Below, piece by piece: positions 18,931 to 28,135 of a DNA stretch of 64,000 nucleotides. Where the stretch lies: IMG/VR virus record IMGVR_UViG_3300045256_000415. One strand, written 5' to 3'. A model generated the notes under the pieces. That model had not been told where the DNA came from, searched no databases, and saw only the letters and a program-made list of their open reading frames with translations. The translations under genes and the position numbers were made by a program. The first letter of the stretch is position 1. Each line of letters opens with the position of its first letter. The DNA is from an uncultured virus (IMG/VR IMGVR_UViG_3300045256_000415). Taxonomy: Duplodnaviria; Heunggongvirae; Uroviricota; Caudoviricetes.

Positions 18931-21900
18931 ATGGCACTCAGTCAGATCCCGAAGTACACAACCCTGAAAGACGAGCAGTTTCTGCAAGTCCAAGGACCTG
19001 ACGGGCTCACCACTGGCTACCAGTTCGATGCCCAAACGCGGGCATTGTACTTCAAAGAGTCGCAGGTCATCTTCCCCAGCTTCCACGGTGCTACACACAT
19101 CGCGGAAGACCCGGTACCGGAAGCCACTTGCGACTCCCGCGGCCTCATGTCGGCCGACGACAAGTGCAAACTCGACGCCCTACTCCAGACCCGCATCGGC
19201 GTACTCGGCTTCCAGGGTGCTGGTTTCCCCGACGACGGCGGTTGGCTCCAGGGCGACATCATCCTCGCAGCCGGCACCGAGTTCATCAGCCTGGAGCGGA
19301 TCGGCAACGTCGTCCGTTTCACCGTGGACAGCCCGGTGCCATTGAACTGTAGCTGCTTCCTGCCGGGAGCACGAGTGTTGATGCACGACGGCACCACCAA
19401 GGCCATCGAAACTGTCCGCACCGGTGACCTAGTAGTAACCCATAAGGGTCGCGTACGGCGGGTCAAGCAAACGTTCGCGACCCACCACGATGGGCCGGTC
19501 TACCGCTGGAAGGCCGACAAGCACTCCGGCGAGGGTTTCGCAATCACAGGCAACCACCCGGTGCTGGCCCTCAAGCGTGAGCACGCCTTCATGCCCTCCG
19601 GGAAGCCTCGAAAAGGCATCAAGGAACGTCCAGACTGGACGGAGGCACGAGAACTCGGCGTGGGTGACTTGGTGTCACGGAGGCGGTCCCACGGCTTCGT
19701 CGAAGCCGTTCAGACGATTGACCTATTGACCACCCTAGGCGAGGGATTCATTGAGCGTGACGGTCTGGTATTCTCATGTATCAAGGATGGACCAAGGGCT
19801 GGCCAGATCGACGGTCAATCGTATGGGGTGCCACGATTCATACAGGTCAACGATGACCTGCTTGATCTCATCGGCTACTATGCCGCCGATGGTTGTGCCA
19901 GTCGCAAGAACGGTTTACGCTTTACAGTCCACGCTAAAGAGATGAAATTCGGGGATATTGGTGCCGAGATCTGTCGCATTCTCTCGACCCTCTTCAGTCT
20001 GGAACCGAAGATAAACGGGCGGGCTACTCCCAAAACCCGAGATTTGCAGGTCTTCAGCATTCCACTCGTCGAACTATTCAGGAAGTGGTTCGGTGGTAGC
20101 AAGAAGAATAAGCGTTTCCCACAATGGGTAATGCACCTACCTCCCGCCCAACAGGCACGGATAGTGGCGGCCACCTTCCGTGGCGATGGTTACATCACGC
20201 ACACCGCCCGGAACGTCCAGTTCACGATGGGTCTGGCGTGCCGCCACCTGATCGACCAATGCCTGTGGATGGCAGAACGCTGCGGCTGGGAACCCTTCAA
20301 CCCAGAGCCGAAAGTACACGGCCGCCGCATTCGTTACCGTATGATGGTGTCGGCTAGTGCTGCACCCACACTCTGCGATCTCTTGGGTGTGGGACGTGCC
20401 ACCAAGAAACTGTCTCGTAAGTGGCGTGTGGGCGATCGCACCCTCCATCGAATCACCGAGTGGAGTGAAACGCACTACAAGGGTATTGTCTATAACTTCG
20501 AGGTGGACGAGGACAACTCATATGTCGTAGACGGCATCGAGGTGCACAACTGCGAAGAGTACCAACAGATCTTCTGGATTCAGGATGAGACGGACGTGTC
20601 GGCTATCCGACCGCCAACCTGTGGCGGGAAGACGCCGGGGGCCAACGTCTACGGCGAGGTCAAGTTCTACCTGTTCCCTGAATCCACCCTGGTCGACCCG
20701 AACAATCCGGCCTCAACCCTGAACAAGAAGGACAACTACCCGGCATTCATCTTCAAGCGGTACGATGACTCACTCGTGCCGGGCACCGGCGAACTGGAGA
20801 TCATTCTCAAGCGGAATTCCACCAACAAGCGACAGACGGAGATTGGCTGGGCATTTACCCCCGGTGCCGCTGGCGTGGCTCAGTGCGTCTGGTTCATGGG
20901 TCGCGACAACGACGGCAACCAAATCCGTTTCGACCTGGAGCCGAATGCCGAACCGGGCTTGCTAGGGTCGCTTCTGTATAAGGGCCACCTCATCACCAAG
21001 CAGATGGCGGTGATCGTCGGTTACACCCCGACGATCCTGTCCACCAACCAGTACACCGTCCGTCGTTGGGACGTGGACAACGCCAAGCCCATCGGTGATC
21101 CGTTCACGGCGAAGAACGTTTGGCAATATGCCAACCCAGAGAACCCGCTATCTGGCAAGAACCCCAAGACCCTTCTGCTCGATTCTACGGTGGACCTCCT
21201 GCCTATCGGGTCACTGGTGGACTTGTGGTCCTTCAAGGTGGGTGAAGTGGCCGGCGATCCGATCCGTCGCCACTACTTCTCCAAGAAGCCGACCCTCAAC
21301 CCCAATCACATCTGGACCTGGGTGGGCCAGGTGCAGTTCGGGGACGTGGCTATCGCCCGTGAAGAGGTGCTGGCCGGAGAGGGTTCGGAGGATAAGAACT
21401 CGGCGGTCCAGGTATCGGCTCTCCGCGACTTCGAGCGGAGTCTCTGGGGGCTTACCGGACAAGACGATCCGCTGGTGTCCTTCGACATCGCTTTGACTGC
21501 TGGTACGGAAGCCGCTGATATCAGCTATCAGCACCGGGCGGTGCTCGACACGACCATACCGGCTCTGAAGGTGGTGGCGGCTACAGACACGCCAGACGAC
21601 TTCTCGGAGCGGCCGGTCTGGCTGTGGAACCGCAAGGCCCTGTGCAATGCCCTGATCCGGGCGGATATCGGGCGGCCGACGTCCAGTGCCTTCGTCCCGT
21701 ACGACATCGTGCTACGGTCACCAATCGACGAGTACACCTGCAAGTACATGCGGATTGTCAAAAAGGGGATTGTCAACGGCCTCCACTACATTCGGGTGGC
21801 CGGGGTCCACTTCCACGACATGCCAGCATTCGGGACGGTGCGGGTGCTGTCGCCGTCTAGCAATCAGAATCTGGTGTACAACTACAATCGGAAGCTGGTC

Positions 21901-22653
21901 TTCCCGGCCATCCTCGGCCAGGAGTTCGTGGGGACCGCGGGAACGGTCGAGACTGGTGGCACCGAGCCAACTGGAGGCTACGAGGCTATCATCCAGGAAG
22001 ACTCACTCGACACCCTGGTCCTGGTCGGCGGGGCCGAGAATAACGTCGAATATCCGGGGCAGGTTGGCGATATCGTCGAACTACTGCACCAGGAGTACAA
22101 CAGCACGGTCGTCCGGGTCGAATTCTCCTACAACTCCTCGACGGGGTTGGTGGAGGTACAGTTCAAAGTGGGGACGCTGGACATGTCCCTGCCTTACGAA
22201 GAGGATGTGATCGCGGACGACGCCGACGATTACGTCCGGGGTCTGGCTCCGGGCTATGCCGTCAGTGCGGTGTACTCGCAGTCGGCTCCGTTCTCCGGCG
22301 TGGGTCCGCAACCGGATGCTTCGCCTGAGGGCTTCGTGGTCTACGACGGCGGGGCTCAGGTGGGTGGCACGCTACCGGAATACTGGAACACCTTGGAAGT
22401 TATGCTCCGGGACAATCAGGTCTGGATCTGGTGGAACCGTCTGCTGATTCCACCATCCCCCACGCTGTCTCAGGGTCTGCCGACGCCGGTAACTATCGAC
22501 ACGCCTTACTTCCCGATCGAACAGGACGCCACGCGGCAGTTCGGTAAGGTCGGGATGAGGTTGTGGCCGGGGGCTACGGTGCGGCGATTCGACGTTCGCA
22601 CCCAGATCACCCTGTTCAACGAATTCGTTTACGGACAACTCGAAGTGTCTTGA
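18931..22653 (+). CDS. Large putative virion (tail/baseplate) protein interrupted by an intein
   Basis: 1240 aa; ATCDSRGLMSADDKCKLD fibre-type motif shared with 35826 and 37352 ORFs; CAAAGATA upstream. Confidence 0.7.
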   Translation: MALSQIPKYTTLKDEQFLQVQGPDGLTTGYQFDAQTRALYFKESQVIFPSFHGATHIAEDPVPEATCDSRGLMSADDKCKLDALLQTRIGVLGFQGAGFPDDGGWLQGDIILAAGTEFISLERIGNVVRFTVDSPVPLNCSCFLPGARVLMHDGTTKAIETVRTGDLVVTHKGRVRRVKQTFATHHDGPVYRWKADKHSGEGFAITGNHPVLALKREHAFMPSGKPRKGIKERPDWTEARELGVGDLVSRRRSHGFVEAVQTIDLLTTLGEGFIERDGLVFSCIKDGPRAGQIDGQSYGVPRFIQVNDDLLDLIGYYAADGCASRKNGLRFTVHAKEMKFGDIGAEICRILSTLFSLEPKINGRATPKTRDLQVFSIPLVELFRKWFGGSKKNKRFPQWVMHLPPAQQARIVAATFRGDGYITHTARNVQFTMGLACRHLIDQCLWMAERCGWEPFNPEPKVHGRRIRYRMMVSASAAPTLCDLLGVGRATKKLSRKWRVGDRTLHRITEWSETHYKGIVYNFEVDEDNSYVVDGIEVHNCEEYQQIFWIQDETDVSAIRPPTCGGKTPGANVYGEVKFYLFPESTLVDPNNPASTLNKKDNYPAFIFKRYDDSLVPGTGELEIILKRNSTNKRQTEIGWAFTPGAAGVAQCVWFMGRDNDGNQIRFDLEPNAEPGLLGSLLYKGHLITKQMAVIVGYTPTILSTNQYTVRRWDVDNAKPIGDPFTAKNVWQYANPENPLSGKNPKTLLLDSTVDLLPIGSLVDLWSFKVGEVAGDPIRRHYFSKKPTLNPNHIWTWVGQVQFGDVAIAREEVLAGEGSEDKNSAVQVSALRDFERSLWGLTGQDDPLVSFDIALTAGTEAADISYQHRAVLDTTIPALKVVAATDTPDDFSERPVWLWNRKALCNALIRADIGRPTSSAFVPYDIVLRSPIDEYTCKYMRIVKKGIVNGLHYIRVAGVHFHDMPAFGTVRVLSPSSNQNLVYNYNRKLVFPAILGQEFVGTAGTVETGGTEPTGGYEAIIQEDSLDTLVLVGGAENNVEYPGQVGDIVELLHQEYNSTVVRVEFSYNSSTGLVEVQFKVGTLDMSLPYEEDVIADDADDYVRGLAPGYAVSAVYSQSAPFSGVGPQPDASPEGFVVYDGGAQVGGTLPEYWNTLEVMLRDNQVWIWWNRLLIPPSPTLSQGLPTPVTIDTPYFPIEQDATRQFGKVGMRLWPGATVRRFDVRTQITLFNEFVYGQLEVS
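19354..20550 (+). mobile_element. LAGLIDADG intein (399 aa)
   Basis: Block A CFLPGARV, block B ITGNHPVL, LIGYYAADG and ATFRGDG, VYNFEVDEDNSYVVDGIEVHN followed by Cys. Confidence 0.95.
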
Positions 22654-22678
22654 CAAAAGTCGTTCTCTGGTTTAAAAT
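22650..22678 (+). promoter_or_regulatory. Near-consensus sigma70 promoter
   Basis: TTGACA-17 nt-TAAAAT, then GAGGA SD and ATG at 22695. Confidence 0.8.
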
Positions 22679-22694
22679 AAAACCAGAGGACAAC

Positions 22695-24182
22695 ATGAAG
22701 CTATGCAAAAATGGCCACTCTATGGGCTCGGATTCGGGCTGTAGAGCCTGTCAAATCTCACGGTATGTCTCAAAAAAGTGGGAAAATCCGACAGCGGCAA
22801 TGTTAGAAAGCACCGCCACCAAAATATCAGGGTTGTCAAGCGAGGCGGCTAAAGTAAAACGAGCAGCTTATTTTTCGTCAGATCTGCATAAACAAAAAGC
22901 TTCCGCCCAAGCACGTCGCCTGGCTGAACATCGTAAACAAAATGGTATCTCATTTCTGCCTAAAAAATGCGATACCAAACCGGAATTGGTGGTAGAATCG
23001 GTACTGAAAACACTTAAATTAGAATACCGTAAGCAAGAACCGGTCGGGCCATATCTATTTGACTTCTACCTGCCAGACGCTAGAACACTTATTGAAGTGG
23101 ATGGTGAGTATTACCATAGCCGCCCAGAAGCGATCGCTAACGATCTAGCCAAAGAAGGATACATTCGTAATCAGCACCCTGGCGTAACAATTATAAGAAT
23201 CACAGAGCTGGACACGATGAAAAAGGGGTACGTAGAAAAGTTCCTACGGCGACAACTGTGCCTGTCAAGCCCGATCCAGCATACCATAGAGTTAGAGTCT
23301 TGTCAAGTCAAAGAATGCGATCTGGTTATTGCCAGCGATTTTTTGGCAAGATATCATTATCTGCCACGCTTTAGGAAGAGTACCAAAGCCGTACATGGCG
23401 TTTATCACCGTGGCGATTTGATTGCTGTCATAATTTATTCTAATCCCAGCTACCAAACCGTGGCTAAAAAGTATGGCTACAAACCTTCTATGGTTATCGA
23501 ACTGGCCAGATTCGTAATAGCTGACGGGTATCACGTCTACAATCTGGCTAGTTGGAGTCTCAGCCGTTCGATCAAACTACTCAAGAATAAATATGGGCTG
23601 ATAGTTAGTTATGCTGACCCACATTTTGGTTTTTCTGGACACATTTATAAGGCGTCCGGTTGGGAAGAAGTGGGCCAAACCCAAGCTAGTTACTACTATC
23701 TCGATCAGACTGGTGCTATTCTACACAAAAAAACTGTGTGGGATCACGCCAAAAAGATGGGAATGCCTGAAACTACTTATGCTACTGCTAATTTTTTACG
23801 GAAAGTTGAATGTGAACCCAAGACGATTTATGTCAGACGGCTCACCAAACTAAGCCCGAAAATCATCTCCCAGGACCAGACTGTTCCAGTTACTTGCCGG
23901 TGTGGTGCGGAAAGCCAAATTAGTAACTCTGCCTACAAGCGAGCCAAAAAGAAACACGGTTGCTGGGTGTGCTTAAGTTGCAGTATCGCAAATGGGTGGA
24001 AAGATGGGAAGTATAACACACGCTCAAGGAGATCGGGAACAAATTTGGATCAATTGGTCACTGTAATCTGCGAATGCGGAACATCCGCAACTATCAAGCA
24101 AAAGTCGCTCAATTACGCCATACGTAAACACAGTGCGTATGTCTGCATGAGTTGTGCTGTTAAAAAGTCGAGGGGCAGTTGA
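22695..24182 (+). CDS. DUF559-like endonuclease fused to Mom-like GNAT domain and C-terminal Zn ribbons
   Basis: YLFDFYLPDARTLIEVDGEYYH; FLARYHYL, IELARF, NLASWSLSRS, IVSYADP..GHIYKASGW; two CxCG..CxxC units; AT-rich. Confidence 0.8.
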   Translation: MKLCKNGHSMGSDSGCRACQISRYVSKKWENPTAAMLESTATKISGLSSEAAKVKRAAYFSSDLHKQKASAQARRLAEHRKQNGISFLPKKCDTKPELVVESVLKTLKLEYRKQEPVGPYLFDFYLPDARTLIEVDGEYYHSRPEAIANDLAKEGYIRNQHPGVTIIRITELDTMKKGYVEKFLRRQLCLSSPIQHTIELESCQVKECDLVIASDFLARYHYLPRFRKSTKAVHGVYHRGDLIAVIIYSNPSYQTVAKKYGYKPSMVIELARFVIADGYHVYNLASWSLSRSIKLLKNKYGLIVSYADPHFGFSGHIYKASGWEEVGQTQASYYYLDQTGAILHKKTVWDHAKKMGMPETTYATANFLRKVECEPKTIYVRRLTKLSPKIISQDQTVPVTCRCGAESQISNSAYKRAKKKHGCWVCLSCSIANGWKDGKYNTRSRRSGTNLDQLVTVICECGTSATIKQKSLNYAIRKHSAYVCMSCAVKKSRGS

Positions 24183-24580
24183 TGAAGGAACTGGCCTCCT
24201 TTGAGTTCCATGGCATTGATGCTCTTCTACCCAGGGAGAGCATCGTGCGTATGGGGAACGACACGGTGAGCATCCGGCTATTTCGACGGATGCGGACCGA
24301 GCCTTTGCCGGGGATGAAGCAGCCACTTCTGAACCATGCGATCATGGGACTGGAGACAGTCCTGGAGATTCTGTTCGAGGGGAAGCCGGCAGCTCGTCAC
24401 CGGTGGAAATTGTGCCGATTGAGGGGGAAGTCAGCGAAAGTGGTACAGAGAGGTGAGACGGACGAGCATGGGATCAGTGGGGATATAGCGGTCGGGTTGT
24501 CGTCACCGCCTCCGCAATTTCTCCTTTTGGTCTATGCTCCGAAGAGGCCCGTGAAGGCCACTCCTGTGGCTTCTTCCTGA
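24179..24580 (+). CDS. Hypothetical protein
   Basis: 133-aa ORF overlapping previous stop; GAGGGG SD. Confidence 0.6.
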   Translation: MMKELASFEFHGIDALLPRESIVRMGNDTVSIRLFRRMRTEPLPGMKQPLLNHAIMGLETVLEILFEGKPAARHRWKLCRLRGKSAKVVQRGETDEHGISGDIAVGLSSPPPQFLLLVYAPKRPVKATPVASS

Positions 24581-24665
24581 CTTGGCTGGTGCTGGCAGGC
24601 CCGAAGGCCGTCTCCGCTGCTAATGGCTCCCGTGCTAAAGGGAGAGCGACGGAAACGGCCTTCGA

Positions 24666-24983
24666 TTATGGAATTCGCCGGATGGTGGCGAGTTGGTGGA
24701 AGTTGGTCGTTTCGAGGCGGTTCTTGGCCTTGATGACTTTGGGGTTGTAGCGGGTGCGGATGTCTTCCGCGGTTGGCGTCTCTTGGTGGCCGAGCCCACT
24801 TGGATTGTGGGTGAATAGTGTGAGTATGAGTGCGGTCGCATCCGGCCCAGAGACCACTTCCGCCTTTAGCTCGATCAGTGGGCTAGTCCCTTGATCTTCT
24901 GGTGGATTGTAGATGCCCACAAGGTTGACTGTGCTTCCTACTGGGGCGTCGGGAACCGTCACTGCTTCGCGGTACCAGATCAT
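24666..24983 (-). CDS. Hypothetical protein
   Basis: Start MIWYRE in ATGA overlap with the upstream gene stop. Confidence 0.55.
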   Translation of the reverse strand: MIWYREAVTVPDAPVGSTVNLVGIYNPPEDQGTSPLIELKAEVVSGPDATALILTLFTHNPSGLGHQETPTAEDIRTRYNPKVIKAKNRLETTNFHQLATIRRIP

Positions 24984-25276
24984 TTCTTTTTTCGCCCTCG
25001 GTTGATGATCTGGTCGGATTCGATCATGCTCTGCGTGATTCGCTCGAACTTCTCGGTGGCGTCGTAGAGAGCGTCGATGACTTGGCCATCGCGTTCGAGC
25101 TTGATCACTCGTGGCAGGATGGTGCCGCCCCGGATCGTGTTGACACACTCCCTGGCGATCCCTTCGGCTTCTTGGGCGGAGTCTCCGATGCCGCCGAAGA
25201 AGACCCCTGCGAGGGCGATGCCGTCATCCTTATCTACGACGATCTTGGCGTACGCCACCATGAACTTGTCCGCCAT
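24980..25276 (-). CDS. Hypothetical protein
   Basis: 98 aa, AAGGGG SD, GC3-rich codons. Confidence 0.7.
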   Translation of the reverse strand: MADKFMVAYAKIVVDKDDGIALAGVFFGGIGDSAQEAEGIARECVNTIRGGTILPRVIKLERDGQVIDALYDATEKFERITQSMIESDQIINRGRKKK

Positions 25277-25353
25277 CGGGTTCCCCCTTTAGCTGAATCC
25301 CACGAGAGAGTAGGGCAGGTGCCTGAATCATAGCTGAATCATTTCTGGGTAGA

Positions 25354-25809
25354 TTACATCGTGCCTGTTGAGCCAAACCCCTTCTCACCCCGTTGGTTGT
25401 ATTCAGGGCTAAACTCATCGACCTCCTGGAATTCTCCATCGTACTGACGGTGGAGGATCACCTGGGCAATGCGCTGCCCCTTCTTGACGTGGTAGGATTC
25501 GCTGCCGAAGTTGATGAGGCTGACCACCACTTCGCCGCAGTACGTAGAGTCGATGATCCCACGGTTCGGCTCGACCCCGATCATCCACAGGCTCGACCGT
25601 CCGTCGATGGTGTAATACCAGCCCGGCGGAGCCGCGATTTTGATACCGGTCTTAACCAGACGTGCTTGACCGGGTGGGATGTCCTTCTCCTCCACAGAGG
25701 AGATGTCGTAGCCGGCATCAGTTGGACGAGCCCGGAACGGCATCTTGGCGTCCGGATGGATTCGCTGGATTTCAAGCCGCACATGAGGCTTGGTGGCAGT
25801 ACCTGTCAT
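25354..25809 (-). CDS. dut: dUTP diphosphatase (trimeric dUTPase)
   Basis: AGYDI, GRSS, GIIDSTYCGEV, RIAQ, RGEKGFGSTG motifs I-V. Confidence 0.95.
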   Translation of the reverse strand: MTGTATKPHVRLEIQRIHPDAKMPFRARPTDAGYDISSVEEKDIPPGQARLVKTGIKIAAPPGWYYTIDGRSSLWMIGVEPNRGIIDSTYCGEVVVSLINFGSESYHVKKGQRIAQVILHRQYDGEFQEVDEFSPEYNQRGEKGFGSTGTM

Positions 25810-25819
25810 AGGCGACACC

Positions 25820-26137
25820 ATGAGTTATTGGAAATATCGGGCTTACGACGCTCAACTCCGCATTCAGGAAGGGGTTGTCATCAGCCCGACAAGCGACGAC
25901 CAACTACCGTATCAAGTCCTCTTGCAGTTGCGACAACAAGGGCTACAAGGCATTGACATCAGACCTATCGACCGAGCAGAGTACAATCGCGAGGTTTATT
26001 TGAGGAAGCTCAAGGAGCGTGGTCAACCCCAATCTCAGTCAGTCTCCTCTCCATCAGCCGTGCCACACTCGTCAATACGTGGCGGGTGGCTGGGTAGGGC
26101 CGTCGTCTCACTCTTCCTCAGAAGAAGAGACGGCTAG
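25820..26137 (+). CDS. Small protein resembling the PilC/GspF N-terminal cytoplasmic segment
   Basis: MSYWKYRAYDAQLRIQEGVV..VLLQLRQQGLQGIDI. Confidence 0.5.
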   Translation: MSYWKYRAYDAQLRIQEGVVISPTSDDQLPYQVLLQLRQQGLQGIDIRPIDRAEYNREVYLRKLKERGQPQSQSVSSPSAVPHSSIRGGWLGRAVVSLFLRRRDG

Positions 26138-26812
26138 ATCGCGGATGACGTTGACCAGATCAGTTGTGATTGTGTCCACAACCCGGTCCAATGGCAAGAT
26201 TGAGTCCACGTATACGATATTCTTCGGACTCACGCTCCGGCTCACCAAAAGTGTCCGCTCTTCCGGGCCAGTCACCAGCCGATCGTATGCCTCTTCAACC
26301 TTGCGGAAGAACTCACTCGGCTTCCGTTCGAAGTGATCCGGGTTCCCTCGCGTGTCCAGCCGCTGCTTCCCAACCTGCCACGGGCACCGCAGCACGTACA
26401 GCCGGTCCATCTTCGGCGGGGTGATGAGTTGGAACAGCCGATCGATGTCGGCTAGATTCAACCCCTCAGCGGTGCCGTACACCAGGGCACTGATGAAGCT
26501 GGAGCGGTCAGCGAAGATGGTGCGACCGGAGGCCAGGGCGGGTTGGAGCTTCTGTTTGATGAAGCTGACGGTATCGACCATGTACAAGATCTGTCTGGAC
26601 AGGCTGTCAATCTTGATTTCGGGGTCGATTGTTTCGGGGTACTTGACGAGTTGGCGAAGGTGCTTGCCGAGCGGCGTGCTGCCGGGGTGGTTGGTCAGTT
26701 CGAGGTCGATCTGCCGGCCAAGCTTCTTGGGGAGGGCTTCAGCTACTGCCTTCATCGTGGTGGATTTACCCGCACCATCGTTGCCCTCGAAAACGACATA
26801 CAGACCACGCAT
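26108..26812 (-). CDS. tmk: Thymidylate kinase
   Basis: VVFEGNDGAGKST, HPGSTPLG, ADRSSFISALVYG, DHFE. Confidence 0.92.
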   Translation of the reverse strand: MRGLYVVFEGNDGAGKSTTMKAVAEALPKKLGRQIDLELTNHPGSTPLGKHLRQLVKYPETIDPEIKIDSLSRQILYMVDTVSFIKQKLQPALASGRTIFADRSSFISALVYGTAEGLNLADIDRLFQLITPPKMDRLYVLRCPWQVGKQRLDTRGNPDHFERKPSEFFRKVEEAYDRLVTGPEERTLLVSRSVSPKNIVYVDSILPLDRVVDTITTDLVNVIRDLAVSSSEEE

Positions 26813-26893
26813 CTGGGGTTCTCTCAGTTATAGCCGGAGGCGTCTACACGCCCGGTCAGGTGTCAAGGACTGTAACGAAGCTTTACCAGCTTC

Positions 26894-27430
26894 TCATTTG
26901 CGAGGGTTCTTGGGGATACACAACAGCTTGTGACAGTCCCACTCAGTCTCCAGGAAGCAGTACTCGCCCTTTACTGCCTTCAGAGCGTTGACCAACTTCC
27001 GGGACTGACCGGCTGCCTTCCACACTGCGGCTTCGTAATCGTGAAAGCGTGGTGGATTGGTAGGCCGCGTACCTGCCCGGAACAACTCCTGGGCTTTCAG
27101 GAGGTCACATCCATGCTCCTTGGCGATCAACCGGAACATCTCCTTGCGGAGATCACCAGCCAACCGCCACAGGTCACGGTCGAGCACCTTCGCCTTCTCA
27201 ACCGCGTCTCCGCTGGTGACGAAATAATCGTTCGGGTTGATCCCATCACGATCCAATCCGTAGTCCGCAGGGTTCACCCACGGAACGTGATCGTTCACCA
27301 CCAGTTCAAATACAGCGGCTGGCGGGTCACTTATTGCATCGCCAATTTTAGGGCACTGCTCGTCTTCGTCCATGTGGCTAACCTCGTAGAGTGAGTATGG
27401 TATATCTACGTAGGGGAGCCTCTGGCTCAT
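26894..27430 (-). CDS. Hypothetical protein
   Basis: 178-aa ORF. Confidence 0.6.
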   Translation of the reverse strand: MSQRLPYVDIPYSLYEVSHMDEDEQCPKIGDAISDPPAAVFELVVNDHVPWVNPADYGLDRDGINPNDYFVTSGDAVEKAKVLDRDLWRLAGDLRKEMFRLIAKEHGCDLLKAQELFRAGTRPTNPPRFHDYEAAVWKAAGQSRKLVNALKAVKGEYCFLETEWDCHKLLCIPKNPRK

Positions 27431-27706
27431 ACACCTTCGATGCCAGAAAGCGTCTCACAGTTCCTTAGGTAGGAACCATGAACTCGATTTTGAACCAACT
27501 TGCTAAATACCACCTACGGCACCAGATACCCGAATCGCACCAACCCAAGACCCAATCCACATCAAGCAGACTCAGCATCCATATCAGGAGATGGTAGAAG
27601 GACTCTGCGACATCGAATGGCGGAAACAGGTCATCGACGATGCCCTGCTCGATCCTGTGGCGAATCACCTACGTCGCCTTCTGGGAGTGGAGCCGGTTGC
27701 GTCCGA

Positions 27707-28039
27707 TCAGTAACTGTGGAAGCTATCTGGCCTTGTCAGCTTCTGGAGGTACTCCAACACAAGCTCCCACTCGCCCGAAGCCGGCAGCACTACCGCCCCA
27801 TCGACCTTAGCCACCACGTCGAAAATCCGCCTGATCCGGTCCACCCTGATCTCCCCCTCTATGGGATGATCACCGGGCCGGTAGAAGACAATGACGATGG
27901 CGTGATCGTAGTTGAAATAATTTCGGACCCGTAGATCTAGGTCCTCGATGTCGTCGAAGAGATGGCTGAGAGCGACATCGCTAGGTTTGTGTCGCACGTC
28001 GAAGATTTCGTGCGTCACTACCTTCGGCAGTTCTTTCAT
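27707..28039 (-). CDS. Hypothetical protein
   Basis: Start MKELPK; CGTATTTGAG motif upstream. Confidence 0.55.
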   Translation of the reverse strand: MKELPKVVTHEIFDVRHKPSDVALSHLFDDIEDLDLRVRNYFNYDHAIVIVFYRPGDHPIEGEIRVDRIRRIFDVVAKVDGAVVLPASGEWELVLEYLQKLTRPDSFHSY

Positions 28040-28099
28040 CGCGAGTCCCACGACTATTCCCCTTCAAACCCCCATCTCAAATACGGTTGGTATACACAG

Positions 28100-28123
28100 G
28101 GGGCCGCCCATTTAGGCGGCCCC
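28100..28123. terminator. GC-rich hairpin downstream of the 954-aa gene
   Basis: GGGGCCGCC-cattta-GGCGGCCCC. Confidence 0.6.
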
Positions 28124-28135
28124 GCTGCTTCCAGA

